64,000 nucleotides of DNA from Octopus bimaculoides (GCF_001194135.2 NC_068982.1:166611680-166675679); one strand, 5' to 3'; positions 47,461 through 62,095 are shown, numbered from the stretch's first letter. A program made the numbers and translations. The notes: generated by a model not told the origin, from the letters alone.

Positions 47461-48326
47461 AGAGTATCACACATCATTCAGGAATGAAGCATGATCTTAA
47501 AACTATAACTTGATGCCATTCCTCCTGACTTTGTTTTCTCATAACTTGATTAATAATGCAGAGCTTGGTTTACTATCTCCTACCAATTTCATTTCCTAAT
47601 ATGTTCAAAAGTATAGACTGAAATTATGTTGTTGCCGTAAAACAATTTTTTTTTTTTTAATAAAAGCATCTCATTCATGTTAGCATAAGATTGTTGATTG
47701 GAAGCATTGTAAAATATTATTATCTTATTTATTATCATTGTCATCCTTGTCATCATCATGGTGATTCTAATGAGGATATGATCTGATTACTCTGATTACT
47801 GTGGCAATTATAACCTTTAACATAATCTTGATGATAGTGAGCATCAGAGATATCATCATCATCTGCACCACCATCATCACCATTACCACTACCATCAGCA
47901 TCATTGTCTCATAATTATTATTTTAATTTTTTTCCCCAACTATTGAATAGGTTTGGAATATCTTCCATTAGTTGTTACTATACTACTCTCATTTCCTGAT
48001 CTCTCTACTTTAATAACATTTTGTTTGCTAAATCATATGGGAGTTTCTCCTTCAGCAGAGTAATATTTGTCATTTTGATTCAATTTTTTTTTATTATAAC
48101 AATAACAAACCAACACCACATCCTCATCAACATCATCATTGTTATCACCATTATTATTATTATTATATAAGATGACAGTTTCAAGAGAGATGAAAAGGTG
48201 AGTTTTGATGAAATGCAAACAATTCTTGACAAATTTTTATTGAACTTATGTAACACTCTCCACCCACACAATCATATAGTGATATGTATGTATATGTATA
48301 TATGTATTTGTATGTGTGTGTGTGTA

Positions 48327-48363
<37 letters not shown>

Positions 48364-48410
48364 TAAAAAATAATTACAAAAAGGGGTTTGTATGATAGTG
48401 TATAGAGGAA

Positions 48411-48704
48411 TATATTATTCAAAAGAATTCTAACTCTGTCTGTTTTTTATGTTTTATTTATATTCTTATAAAATTAATGTGGGATATAGAGTATGGAATA
48501 TATAGTATATATAGTAAAATGAAATGAAGTATTGAATGTCTTATTGAATAAATGAAATATTTAATATTCAATAAGACATTCAATACTTCATTTCATTTTA
48601 CTATATACACTATATATTCCATATTCTATATCCCACATTAATTTTATAATAATATAAATAAAACATAAAAAACAGACAGAGTTGGAATACTTTTGGATAA
48701 TATA
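48411..48704. mobile_element. Foldback element with 140-bp arms and 14-nt loop
   Basis: 48411-48550 is the near-perfect reverse complement of 48565-48704. Confidence 0.9.
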
Positions 48705-48716
48705 TATATATATATA

Positions 48717-49989
48717 TTGAGTCATCCCATAAATAATGCAGTTTTTATTTTTCAAAATTAAGATAAGCAAAGTTCTTTTTTAATCTAAAATCTACTCTCC
48801 TTCATTTTCTACAATGCTCTTCCATCTATCTGGTAGACTTGCAAGGCCCCTCTTCCAAAATTCACTTGTCTGTGATGAAAATTACTCCTCCACTTCTGTT
48901 CTGACCTTGTCTACAGAATTCATATTTTTTCCATCCAAATGATTTTGAAGACTGTGGAATAAATGATAATCAGATGGGGCAATGTCCGGCAAATATGGTG
49001 GGTGGGGCTTCGTTTCCCATTCAAACTGCTCCAGCCTTTGGAATGTCATCCTCGCTGTATGTGGCTGAGCATTATCCTGATGGAAGAACACCTTTCGTCT
49101 TGAAACCAAAGATGGTCATTTTTCTTTTAGTGCTGACTTAAGCCGTTCAAGCTGCTTGCATTAGATCTCCTTTGTTATCATTTGATTTGGGTTTAAAAGT
49201 TCAAAGTGGACTAAACCTTTCATATCCCACCTAACAGACAACAACACCTTATGTGGGTGAAGACTTACTTTAGCCTGGGGTGTTGGTGTTTCTCCTTTCC
49301 CTACCCACTGTCTTTGGTGCTTGACATTTTTATAGAGAACCCATTTCTCATCACCAGTTACTATTTGGTCCAAAAATGGTTCATTTGTGAGATGTGACAG
49401 CAAAGAAGCAAACACATTCACTCTGCATGCAATTAGACTTGGAAAGTTTGTGAAGAACCCATTGACCCAATTTTATGACTTTTCCAATGGCACACAGGTG
49501 TCAATGGATGGTTGAATGATTAAATCCAATCTTCTCTGCTAGTTCCTTGACAGTTATGATGGAATTTTGTTCCGCTAGGGTTTGCAAGATGTCCTTGTTG
49601 AGCTCTACAGATCTTTCAGGACGAGGCTTGTCTTCTAGGCTGTAGTTTCCAGCTCAGAATTTCTAGAACTACTGTTGACACTGGCTTACACTTATTATCT
49701 GATCCCCATATACTGCATTAATATTCCTCGCACTTTCCATTGCATTGTTATCTTTATTGAACTCATAAAGCAAAATATGCTGAATATGCTCCTTTGTCAC
49801 TTCTCTTATAGCTTTGAAAAAATAACTGTTAAAATCGGACTGCATTCTTCAAAACATGCACTAAGAATAAGAACAGGGTAAAATTACTACCTGCTTTTAT
49901 AACAAGTTGATGCAGTTAGTTTATCCCATTCTCCTCCGACTTTTAGTTCATGCAACTGGAAAAACTGCATTATTTATGGGATGACCTAA
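48717..49989 (-). mobile_element. Full-length (1273-bp) mariner, transposase pseudogene
   Basis: TIRs TT(G/A)(A/G)GTCATCCCATAAATAATGCAGTTTTT with TA on both sides; IVTGDEKW, FHQDNAQPH and HPPYLPDIAPSDYHLF (DD34D); ORF broken. Confidence 0.95.
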
Positions 49990-50329
49990 TAGATATATAC
50001 ACACACACATATATCATGTGTGGGTCACAACCAGGATGTATATACTATTTCCATATTGTTCACTACTGTAAATGCTAGAGAGCACAGTTTATGAAAAGTT
50101 GACTTTCATATAGGTCAGTAATATAAATTTTAGTAATTATTCTTTTGTATCTCCTATGGTATTAGTTTATAAGCTGGAAGTACTTCAGGGAAATTGAGAC
50201 CCTGACTTTATTTCATTTCTAATATTCAAATATATTTCTAGAGAAGGCATGGACATTGCACAGTCTTATTTCTTCTCACCTCATCATTCCTTTAAATCTC
50301 AAAACTTGCTTTTAAGTGAGAAATCAAAA

Positions 50330-51170
50330 TTTTTGTTATTAGTTGATCTGAGAAAGTGAAAAAATGCCCATATCTTTTTTGCCTTCATGATAGGCAGGAG
50401 TAATGGAGTGGGTGGTGTGGGCAGACTGTTAGCAGAAAAGTGGGTAGATAAGGTAATTAAGGTAGTCAGAGTATGTGATAGGGTTACTAAGCTAAGACTT
50501 ATAAATAAACAGTTACATTTGTCTCTGCCTATGCTCCACAGGCTGGACTGGCTGATGACCAGAAGGACCAATTCTACAAGGTCCTTCTGCAGACTATTTC
50601 AATGACAAATGACAGAGACTTGGTTATTGAGTCTGGTGACTTTAATGGACATGTTGGGCAGCATTCTCATGGAGTCCGTGGGGTGCATTGTAGTTATGGC
50701 TTTGGCTTTAGGAATGAGGAGTGAACAAGGCTACTGGAGTTTTGTGATGCAAATGATCTCATGATCTGCAACACTAACTTCAGAAAACCAGCCAGCCACC
50801 TAATCACTTATCAGTCTGGTGGGTACATAATCCAGATTGATTACCTCCTCACCAGGCAACATGATAAGTAGATGCTCACAAATGCAAAGTCTTTCGCAGA
50901 TGAAGAGTGTGCACCCCAACATAGGCTACTAGTTAGTGACTTCAGAATTACAGCTAAAAAGACTCAGAAAAATAAACCTTACTGAAAAAGAAAATTATGG
51001 AAGTTCAAAATCCAGCTAACTGACAGAAATTCAGAGACATTCTAATAGAAGCTTCTGATGATAGAGGGGGAGGAAGTAGGGACATATTGCTTAAAGGACA
51101 ATTGGAATTTCCTGTGGATTACTGAGGACTGCAGACCAAATCTGTGGCTGGTACAAAGTCCCAGCTTGAC
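50330..51170 (+). mobile_element. RTE LINE endonuclease fragment
   Basis: GVGRLLAEKWVDKV, GDFNGHVG, LLEFCDANDLMICNTNFRKPASHLITYQSG, QIDYLL, QHRLLVSDF. Confidence 0.9.
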
Positions 51171-51446
51171 TGCAGGTGACAATGATGATGATGATGATGA
51201 AACTGGTTGGGCAGAAATATTTAAGAAAGACTGATGTTGTCACTGACCAGCTATACCTGTTAATGGTATTAGTATATGGAAAGAAAACAAAATCTGAAAG
51301 ATATTTTCTGAGGGATACCATTACTTGAAAGGAACATTAAGTAAAACGTCTAGAGCAGGATTTGGTTGGAAGTAAGATACAACAGAAGAAGAGAATGGGA
51401 GTAATGAAAGTGAGCAGGTTTAGATGTATATAGGAAGTGTTATATA

Positions 51447-51645
51447 AAAAGAGGTGCTGAAAAGTTCCTGGTTTTCATGGTGTTCTGAAAGGTATTCGGA
51501 GTTCTTTTACAGGGCTTAGAATAACTGAAGGACTGTTGCAATAAGTGTGTGAATCAGAAGGGAATATGTTGAATAAAACCATAATTAACTGATTCTCCTC
51601 AAATTTCTTTTACTCATAGCCAGGAATTTTCAGCATCCCCTTGTA
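51447..51645 (+). mobile_element. Mariner-derived MITE
   Basis: GAGGTGCTGAAAAGTTCCTGG / CCAGGAATTTTCAGCATCCCC inverted ends; interior keeps the transposase 3' end (..GEYVE*). Confidence 0.7.
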
Positions 51646-52019
51646 TAGTCAATATATTCAAAGAGAAACTATTGTAGGATTGGTAAAAGAGACTGAGGGA
51701 TATGACAAGCTTGGTTTCTATGAAATTTTACTAGTTTTCACTAAATATAATAATCCTTCTCACTGTAAATCACCATCATCAACATAGTTACCATCACTAT
51801 CATCAGTGTCTTCATCGCTTCTGTCATCACAAGTTATTATACTGCAGCACACTTGCTGTTTCAATATGTTATTGTACATCTACTGGAGAAGGAGTGTTCC
51901 ATGTATAACTGTTACATGAAACCCACTTAAAAACAAAAAGTTTCGAAGGAAGGAATTCAAAGTTTACTCCCTGTAAGTTCTCATCATCATCATCCCCACT
52001 TACACCACCACAATGACAA

Positions 52020-52480
52020 TGGCAATGTCTGCTTTTCTATGCATAGGCTAGACAGGTCCTTTCCAAAACAATGCCTTGCTGTTTGTTACATTCCTTTTGT
52101 GTCTTTTTTGTGATGTTCAACATCCTGACATCATCTTTTGTCACTTCTGTCCATGTCTTCCTTGGTTTTCATCTTCCCCTGGTTCCCTCCACTTGGATCG
52201 CTTCAGAATTTTTTACCTGTCTCTTATTATCCATATGCATTAGATGTTGCAACGATACAGTCTTTCTTCTTGCACATTGATTTCTCTTACGTTCGGTTTA
52301 TCTCTCCGCTCATCTGAATCACATCATTCATGCACATTACAAATCCAATGGAGCATGTCTGCTTCATTCATTTCTAACCCTCGCATATCCTCTGCACTCA
52401 CTACCTATATCTCACTGCCATGTAACATTGCACTTTGTACTCAAGCAACATACAATCTTTCTTTTGCTGAAGTACTGTTG
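52020..52480 (-). mobile_element. RTE LINE 3' fragment
   Basis: Decayed MLRW..LRW.G..GR.KPRKTW region on the minus strand. Confidence 0.7.
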
Positions 52481-52519
52481 CAACAAAATTAATATTGATA
52501 TTACCATAAAATGAGGTGG

Positions 52520-52735
52520 TAAGCTGGCAGAATCATTAGTATGCCAGGCAAAATGCTCAGCGGCATTTCATCCATCTTTACATTATAAGTTCATATTCTG
52601 CTGAGATTGACTTTACATTTCATCCTTTAGGGGTTGATAAAATAAGTACCAATTAATCACTGGGGTCAATGTAATCGACCTACCCCACTCTGGTGATTGC
52701 TGGCCTTGTACCAAAATTTGAAGCTGATATTATCA
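52520..52735 (+). mobile_element. SINE family C
   Basis: GGTAAGCTGGCAGAATCATTAG..AAATGCTCAGCGGCATTTC head; TTTCATCCTTT.GGGGTTGATAAAATAAGTACC core. Confidence 0.8.
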
Positions 52736-53079
52736 TAGAGTGAATTACTTAAATAATGTAGGATAGGGATCAAATTTAAAAAGTTGGAATCTATTAAATC
52801 AGTACCTACAGGTTGTATATGATCAATCAAAATCTATATGCTGTGTCTATGCCGATGGTATATACACATTATGTATATCCAATCAATATTTTCAAATTGT
52901 ATCAATCCAGTGAATATCTACAATCTATACCTATCCAGTCAACACCTAAAGATGATATCTATGCAAATTTACATTTAATGACCATGTCAGTTAAGTTAAA
53001 TTCTACTTGTTGAGCCTATTCAGTTAACATGTACTGATTATACCTAATCAGGCAACATCTGAAGACTATATATATACAT

Positions 53080-53131
<52 letters not shown>

Positions 53132-53224
53132 AGGGAAAAAGTTGCAGACTATATCTAAGGAGTCTCTTAATTAGCTAGCTGAATTTATCTAGGGTTCAAT
53201 TTAAGGCTGTGTCTCTGCAGACAA

Positions 53225-53645
53225 CATTGGTTTCAAGTTTTGGCACAAGGCCAGCAAGTTCAGGGTTTGGGGTAAGTCGATTATATCAACCTCAGTGCTC
53301 AACTGGTATATATTTTATCAACTTGAAAAGGATGAAAGGCAAAGTCAAACCTAATGGAATTTGAACTCAGAATGTAAGTATGGATGAAATGCTGCTAAGG
53401 ATTTTACCCTGCATGCGAACAGTTCTGCCAACTTGCAACCCTAAGTCAACCTCGGAATGTAAGGACGGATGAACTGCCACTAAGCATATTGTCTGGCATA
53501 CTAACAGTTTTGCCAACTCATCACCTTCCTCTACAGTCAACATTGAAAAACAAGGATTATCTAGCCAATATTTACTTGGCGGAATTTGAACTCAGAACGT
53601 AAAGACGCATGAAATGCTACTAAACATTTTGCCAACTCATCGCCT
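53225..53645 (-). mobile_element. SINE family C with three tandem head segments
   Basis: GAA(T/C)GTAA..ATGAA.TGC..CTAA..ATTT..GCCAACT block occurs three times. Confidence 0.7.
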
Positions 53646-54219
53646 TTCTCTATACACCAATATCTACAAGCTGTGTTTATTCAATGAACATCTGTATCTA
53701 TTCAAGTGATACTTACAAATTGTGTTTAAACTCTCAAAAAAATATATATCTGCTTTTTATGTTTATCCAGTGAACATCCAAAAATTATATCAACCAGGAC
53801 AGTATCAGTGCACAATGTGCCTTTCAAGTCAACTCCTAGTCTCTCTAATAAAATGCCTTTAAAGCAATGTGTCACTCACAACAGATAGTCTGAATAATGC
53901 GTTTATTTATCAGGGGGAAAGCCAAGTTTAACTTCTCGATGTAATGATAAGTGGACACTCCTGAGTCATATATTCAGTTGTGTATACACCTTCCTTTTCC
54001 TGGCTCAGGAAACTATTTTGTGGGAGTTCCACATCTTACCAGTGCTTCCTTTCATATCTACCACAAACAGATAAATTTGAAAATAAGCATTCATATATCT
54101 GTGTAATTGTGTATATGTACATGCTTAGGTTCGCCTCCACATATGTCTGTACACATTTACATACTACATGTGTTATTATATTTTCATATATATATCTTTA
54201 TATAATGTATATTATCTTT

Positions 54220-54888
54220 CATCTTTTACTTGTTCCAGTCACTAGACTGTGGCTGGCCATGCTGGGGCACTGCCTTGAGAAATTTTTAGTCAAACAAATT
54301 GAAGCCAGTACTTATTTCTTTTCCTTGTAAATCTGATACTTTTTACTGGTTTCTTTTACTGACCTACTAAACTATAGGGACATAAACACACCAACACTGG
54401 TGTATATATATGTGTGTGTGTGTGTATGTATGTCTGTATATACACACGCACACACACACACACACACACACACTATATATATATATATATTCACATCTGT
54501 CCAGAGTTCTTCACTGAAAGCCTTAAATGCTGTAGTCTAACTACTGTATCTTAGGTTTTTTAATATATGCTGCATAATACATAAATATCTATTTTACACA
54601 TATACACACATATTTCTGTATGCATATGCATGTATATCTGTCATCGTCATCGTCATCGTCATCATCATCATCTTCATCATCATTTAGCCTTTGTTTTCCA
54701 TTCTGGTATGGGTTAGACGGTTTGACTGGAACTGGTAAGCCATAGAGCTGCACCAGACTTCAGTCTGTTTTAGGTTAATTTCCACCGTTGGATGCCCTTC
54801 CCTAACATCAGCCAGCCCATAGAGTATACTGGACTTCTTTTATGTACCACCAGCTCAGGTGTCTTTTATGTGTCACTGGCACAGGTGC

Positions 54889-54934
<46 letters not shown>

Positions 54935-55250
54935 AACACATATACACACACATAAATACACATATATATGTATGTGTATGTAGGTTTCTATATGTGTGTG
55001 TTTGTGCCACCTTGTCTTGACATTGTGCACTAATCATAAACAACCATCACCATCGTATAGGCAACTCCATTCATTTGCAATCTTCCATGTAAAGATGTCC
55101 ATCCATCATATACTTTGTATTCTAAGCCCTTGGGAAAATATGGCCTTTTTTTTTGGAATTAGGCGAGGGCAGGTAACAGGAAGAACATCTGACTACAGAA
55201 AAATCTGCCTCATTGAATTTCCTTCTGACCCATGCAAGTATGAAAAATCA
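54220..55250. mobile_element. SINE cluster (family A tail, family B, family A internal part) with (CA)n/(TA)n/(CAT)n
   Basis: Recognisable family A and B blocks separated by microsatellites. Confidence 0.7.
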
Positions 55251-55280
55251 TTTATAAAAGTGTATCATATACATACAAAC

Positions 55281-55322
<42 letters not shown>

Positions 55323-55485
55323 ATCAACTACCTTGACCAGCCAGATAATGCTTTGAATTTGCTGGACACAGCATGTCATCCATTCCATTCTTGATGTCAT
55401 CCTCCTCCACTGTGTCCCATGGTGCACCAATAATCAGTTGACCTATGCAGTTGTTGAGTGGTACCTGCATGAGCAGAAACAACCA

Positions 55486-55539
<54 letters not shown>

Positions 55540-55547
<8 letters not shown>

Positions 55548-56765
55548 GAGCACTAACAGCACTGTCTGAGCGTGATCATTGCTAGAGCAGCTGTCTGGCT
55601 TCTGTGCTAGTGGCCCATAAATAGCACCATTTGAGCGTGATCGTTACCAGCATCACCTTACTGGCACTTGTGCTGGTGGCACGTTAGAAAATCATTTGAG
55701 CACGGTCGTTGCCAGTGCCGATAGAAGTAGTTGATAGCTTCTGTTACTTAGGTGGATGCTCTGAGAATGTAGCTGCTAGAATAAGAATAACTTGGGTAAA
55801 GTTCAGAGAGCTCTTACCTCTGCTGGTAACAAAGGGCCTCTTGCTCAGAGTGAAAGGTAGATTTGCATGATGCCAGTGTGCAAACAGCCATGCTACACGT
55901 CAGTGAAACATGGGCTGTGACTGCTGAGGACATGCGTAGGCTTGAAAGAAATGAATCCAGTATGCTCCGCTGGATATGTTATGTCATTGTGCATAGACAA
56001 CAGAGTGTGAGTGTCCTGAGAGAAAAGTTGGACATAAGAAGCATCAGATATGATGTGCAAAAGAAACAACTGCGCTGGTATGGTCATGTGTTGCATATGG
56101 ATGAGAACAGCTATGTGAAGAAGAGTCACACCTTAACAGTGGAGGAAACCTGTGGAAGAAGTAGACCCAGGAAGACCTGGGACGAGGTGGTGAAGCACGA
56201 CCTTTAAACATTGGGCCGCACAGAGGCAATGACAAGCGACCAAGACCTTTAGAAATATGCTGTGCTTGAGAAGACCTAGCAAGTCAAGTGAGATCGTAGC
56301 TGTGGCTGATGCCATTTTGCATAACTGGTCCATTTAAAAGCACCCTTCAATCATCTGGCAATATGCCGTGCTTGTGAAGACTTGTTGAACCAAGTGAAAT
56401 CATAGTTGTGGCCAATGCTAGTGCTGCCTGACTGGCACCTGTGCCGGTAGCATGTAAAAGACACCGTTCAAATGTGGCCAATGCCAGTACTGCCTGACTG
56501 GCACCTGTGCCGGTGGCACATAAAAGACACCATTCAAGCGTGGTTGATGTCTGTCCACCTGAATGGCTCCTGTGCTGGAGCTAAAAAGCATTCAGTACAC
56601 TTTCGGAGTGGTTGGCATTAGGAAGGGCATCCAGCTGTAGAAACCTTGCCAAATCAGATTGGAGCCTAGGGCAGCCTCCCGGCTTGCCAGTTCTCAGTCA
56701 AACCTCCAACCCATGTCAGCATGGAAAGCAGACATCAAACAACAATGATGATGATGATGATACAA
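55540..56765 (+). mobile_element. RTE LINE 3' end with complete 3' UTR
   Basis: LHVSETWAVTAEDMRRLERNESSMLRW..LRWYGHVLHMDE..RPRKTWDEVVKHDL*, then tandem UTR units and (GAT)n. Confidence 0.9.
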
Positions 56766-57149
56766 TGGGATTCTTTCAGTTTCCATCTACCAAATCTACC
56801 CACGAGGCTTTGATTGGCTTAAGGATATAGTAGAAGAGACTTGCCCAAGGTGCCACACAGTGAGACTGAACCTGGAATCGTGTGGTTGGGAAGCGAGCTT
56901 CTTACCATACAGCCATGTTTGTGCCTATATGTATATGCACATGCATACACATGCACACATGTGTACAATCACACACATACATACATACACGATGGCCATT
57001 TCCTCATTCCTGAGTGTAGTCATCCCTTGAAGCATTTCAGAATCAGTCTCAAGTGGGAACAGCATGGCCATGACTTTTCAGGCCAGTAAATGACCTACTC
57101 TCTTTGCCACGGATTTTACATATATCATTGCCCCCAGTTGTTGATCAGC

Positions 57150-58030
57150 ATGCGCTTTCATATGTCATTTCAAATCCCCAGCCTTAGCTGATAAGCAAAC
57201 CTTGCTGCATTCATGGCATGCTGTATATGGTGCAATGCAAGTCAACTCTTTGTATGTAGCTTCTTTTGTGACGTTTCTGTGTTACTCTGCTGAAGTAGAC
57301 TCTCACATTCAGTTACATGTCAGCTCACTCTGGTCACCCACATTTCCTGGAAATATCACATCTACACTCTTTCTTGCATCCCTCTTCAGCATTTCAGAAT
57401 CTCCTCAAGCTATTTTAAAGTTCTCGCTCCCATCATATCTTGCTTTCCTTCATCTTGCACTTTCAGTTACAGTTTTTTCCCAGTCCTTTTCCAAGATGTT
57501 AGCTTTCTTCAGCTGAAATTCATGAGGTGGATGTTTTCCAATCCCCATCTTACCATACAGGAAATGCTTAGGAGTCCTGCAGTCCTCCATTTTCAACAAG
57601 TGACCCACCCATCGGAGTCAGTGATGTAAAATGATTGACTCAGTGACTTCTTTTAAAGATTTCAACATCACACACCTAAATTTTCCAACACAGGCCCAAG
57701 ATATGACATAAGCACTGATGCTTTCAATATGTTACCCACATCTCACAAGTATACAACAGGGAGGTAAACACATACATAATATAAATCTTCACTTTAGTAT
57801 CAGCAGAGATAGCATGTTGAAATGACAGGCAATTTTCCAACTTTCTGAAAGCATCACTGCCATGTAACAGGTATCATACAATCTGTCTTTCACTCTGAGG
57901 GATAGGCCCTTAGTCACCAACAAAGGTAGAAGCTCTCAAAACTTTGCCCAGCCTGTTCTTATCCTAGCAACTACATCTTCAGAACTCCTTCCCACACTGC
58001 TAATTTGGTTCCTTTTGAATCCTTGTATGT
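57150..58030 (-). mobile_element. RTE LINE 3' fragments (two subfamilies adjoining)
   Basis: EDVVARIRTGWAKF.ELLPLL..KGLSLRVK; then LRWVGHLLKMEDCRTPK and terminal CHECSKVC..HMKAH (BovB-like C-terminal finger). Confidence 0.75.
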
Positions 58031-58099
58031 TAGATATATAATCTATGAAGCAGGGGGAAAAGAAAGTATATATATGATGCATTACTATTACTATTACAC

Positions 58100-59600
58100 A
58101 AGACTCAGTGCTTTTAATCATGCTTCACAGTGAACTGCTACCAACTCGAACTGCCAATCGCTCACAGTTCTTTGTTTTATAACAATGAAACAATGCACCT
58201 TTAGTCACTTGGAGGATGGTTGAAATTCTTGTTCAACATCACCCCATTTTAGAATAAGTCTCCCCTATCTTCCCTTTTGAGAATTGAACTCTACTCAGAG
58301 TTTTAATATCTCTTATGCTTAGGGTTCAGTTCCAACGTAAAAATCAGCACACATCATCATCATCATTGTTTAATGTCTGCTTTCCATGCTGGCATGGGTC
58401 TCTGATCTTATTATTCTTTTTCTTAACGATCACAGTTGGTGATGCAGATTCAGTGTATTCCAAGTTTCTCTGACTCTAAGTTTATCTGTTCTAATGCTGC
58501 AAACGGTACAGTTAAATGTCGGTATGGCGTTTTCTTGTATTTGAAACCATGCCTTTATTTTGGTACACAGACCTAATTTATAAGACAGAACTTCAGGAAA
58601 AATATAAAAAAAATTTTTTTCAATTTGTTTGATGATTTATTTGTACTGAAGGAAAAACCATTCACCTTTTTACAGAAAAAATTTATGGGAAGGTTCCATA
58701 AGTTAAATAATTCCATCCAGTCAGTACTGAATAAATTTGTGGTATTATTTAACACAAAATCTTTAGCTTTTAAGGTTTTTTTACGAAATGTGTTGTTACT
58801 TATCAATTTGACCTTAAAATATAATTTTTTTCCTGAAACACCATGGACAAGTTTTGAAGTTAGGTCTCCTGATCTTTTTCCATGTATTTGTGTCAATTAT
58901 TGAGATGTCACTGCATGTATCCAACTGTATCTTTATGTTTGTATTTTTAACAAACACAAATTTTCTTCAAGGCTCGTTTGTATTTTTTGTCACTGATAAT
59001 CCATTTATGCGATTTTTTCTGTTGAACGTTTTTTAGATTCTGTTCTACAATGTAACTTTTTATGGCCTATTTTACCACACTTTAAGCATTTTATACTTTT
59101 AAATGGACAGTTATTTTTAAAATGTAGACCACCACACCCATAACATGGATTCAGTTTTGACATTCTTTTCTCTTGTTTCTGGTCAACACATTTGAATCTG
59201 AGAACAATCGTTCTCTTCATTTTTATTTCCATCATGTCTTAGATTAATAACCCTCTGACATTCTTCTGCTACTGCATGTAAAGTTAAATTTTGGTCTTGT
59301 TCTAATTTTGTTAATATCTGGGAATATATATCTGCATCTTTGTTTGCAGTAAAATCTTGAACAAAAATTGAACACTTGAACATGTCGGGGGTTGACTCAT
59401 CCAATTTGAATTTCTCACACTCTCTGTTAACCACTCCAGCATAGATGATGAAATCATCATCTTTTTTAACCAAATTTAAACACTGCCAGTGAGTATTGAA
59501 CAGGGAACTTCTTCCACTGAAAATTTTCGATAAAATACTGTTTCATCAAAACAAATCTCACCTACCTTCTTCGACAGAATATAATTACCATATTTTTTGT
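58100..59600 (-). mobile_element. Ty3/Gypsy relic: gag, protease, start of RT, then probable 3' end/LTR
   Basis: SLFNTHWQCLNLVK..YAGVVNRECEKFKL; CYGCGGLHFKNNCP and CLKCGKIGH..HC knuckles; LDTCSDISII protease; ASPTVIVKKKNNKIR..CADF. Confidence 0.85.
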
Positions 59601-59609
59601 ACAGTTCTA

Positions 59610-59888
<279 letters not shown>

Positions 59889-61251
59889 NNNNNNNNNNNN
59901 NNNNNNNNNNNNNNNNNNNNNNNNNNNNNNNNNNNNNNNNNNNNNNNNNNNNNNNNNNNNNNNNNNNNNNNNNNNNNNNNNNNNNNNNNNNNNNNNNNNN
60001 NNNNNNNNNNNNNNNNNNNNNNNNNNNNNNNNNNNNNNNNNNNNNNNNNNNNNNNNNNNNNNNNNNNNNNNNNNNNNNNNNNNNNNNNNNNNNNNNNNNN
60101 NNNNNNNNNNNNNNNNNNNNNNNNNNNNNNNNNNNNNNNNNNNNNNNNNNNNNNNNNNNNNNNNNNNNNNNNNNNNNNNNNNNNNNNNNNNNNNNNNNNN
60201 NNNNNNNNNNNNNNNNNNNNNNNNNNNNNNNNNNNNNNNNNNNNNNNNNNNNNNNNNNNNNNNNNNNNNNNNNNNNNNNNNNNNNNNNNNNNNNNNNNNN
60301 NNNNNNNNNNNNNNNNNNNNNNNNNNNNNNNNNNNNNNNNNNNNNNNNNNNNNNNNNNNNNNNNNNNNNNNNNNNNNNNNNNNNNNNNNNNNNNNNNNNN
60401 NNNNNNNNNNNNNNNNNNNNNNNNNNNNNNNNNNNNNNNNNNNNNNNNNNNNNNNNNNNNNNNNNNNNNNNNNNNNNNNNNNNNNNNNNNNNTATATATA
60501 TATATATATATATATATTCACACACACACATACAATAAAGTATATAGGGATAAATTATCCAGGTAGGTGCCATATGAGCACTCAGTTATAGTCTAGGTTC
60601 AGGCAGTCACATCAAATAGTAGGAAGTACCTAGGATTGCAACTACACATTCTCTATGCAGCAGAAACATGTGTTGGTCATAGTAACCTATTATACTGCAT
60701 AATTAATTGGAAAAATTAAAAAATAAATTTGAAGATGTACCACAATCACTGAAATTGTTTGAAGATATACCAGTGTCTATAGTCTTTGTATTTGTTTATT
60801 TTAACCTATATGCATATATACATATGACATCAGATTGGCAGGGTCATTGAGTGTCAGATAGAGCACCTTGTAATATATGATCTAGCTCTCTGTGTTCTTT
60901 GTTCAAGTTTTGCTTTGGCCAACTTCACTTCCATCCTTCCAAGGCTGATAAATTAAGTATCAGTCCAGGGTGATGGGTTGATTGAATGTTAGTGTGGTAA
61001 GTGCAACCTTGTGACATCTGTTTCAGGTCTGTGCATCCCAAGACCAAATGTCACTTATGACCAGTAAAAAAAAAAAAAAAATGGTAATAGACTTGGGAAG
61101 TCCTTAAGCAAGTACCCAAATATTCCAGCCAACTGTCTAAGCCAGCACAATAGTTGGCAGCAGAGAATGAAAAAAAAAAATCATTCAAATCCGATGCACG
61201 CCCCACCTCACGTTCTTGTGTGTATATAATTATATATCTATATATACAGTG

Positions 61252-61305
<54 letters not shown>

Positions 61306-61679
61306 CATATATACATACATGCAGACATACATACATACATAAATAGAGAGAGGTAGGGGAGAGGTGGTGAAAGAGAGAGAGCATACTTAGGCACGTAGTT
61401 CATTGGAATATATGCAAAAATAAATAAATATTTGTATGTATTTATATAAATATTAAGTTTTATGCATACCCTGACTCATACATATACCCATAAACCTATG
61501 TACTATATGCATCTAACTGATGTGAATTCAAGAGATCTTAAGTTTTCAATAACATTTACAAAATTAACATCTACGCATTGTATTGAGAGTGTTTTGTGTT
61601 GTGCCCAAGCCAAGGTACATAACTCTTATTACCTTAGTTTGTTGTAAACGGTTTTAATATATTTCACAAATACCTAAGG

Positions 61680-62095
61680 CAGGAGGTTAGCAGAATAATT
61701 AGCAAGGCTAGAGATTCCTGGGGAGTAGATAAATCGATTACATCGTCCCTAGTCCTTAACTGGTATTTATTTTATCGATCCCTAAAGGATGAAAGGCAAA
61801 GCCGCCCTCGGGGGAATTTGAACTCGACACGTGATGACAGACGAAATGCCTCCAAGCATTTTTGTCTGGTGTGTTAACTATTCAGCATGGTTTCAAATTT
61901 TGGCACAAGGCCAGCAATTTCAGGGGCGGAGGGTAGTGGGGGGATGGAACCAGTCAATTATATCGATCCCAGTATTCTACTTGTATTGTTTTATCAACCC
62001 CAAAAGGATGAAAGGCAAAGTCGACCCCAGCAGAATTTGAACTCAGAACGTAAAGACAGACGAAATACATTTTGTCCAGCCTACTGCCTTAATAA
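61680..62095 (-). mobile_element. Two SINE family C copies
   Basis: GGATGAAAGGCAAAG.CG.CC..G.GAATTTGAACTC.GA.CGT twice. Confidence 0.8.

Noticed and set aside
56280-56600. CRISPR-like repeat array
   Set aside because: Units are degenerate RTE 3'-UTR repeats without unique spacers; eukaryotic context with no cas genes
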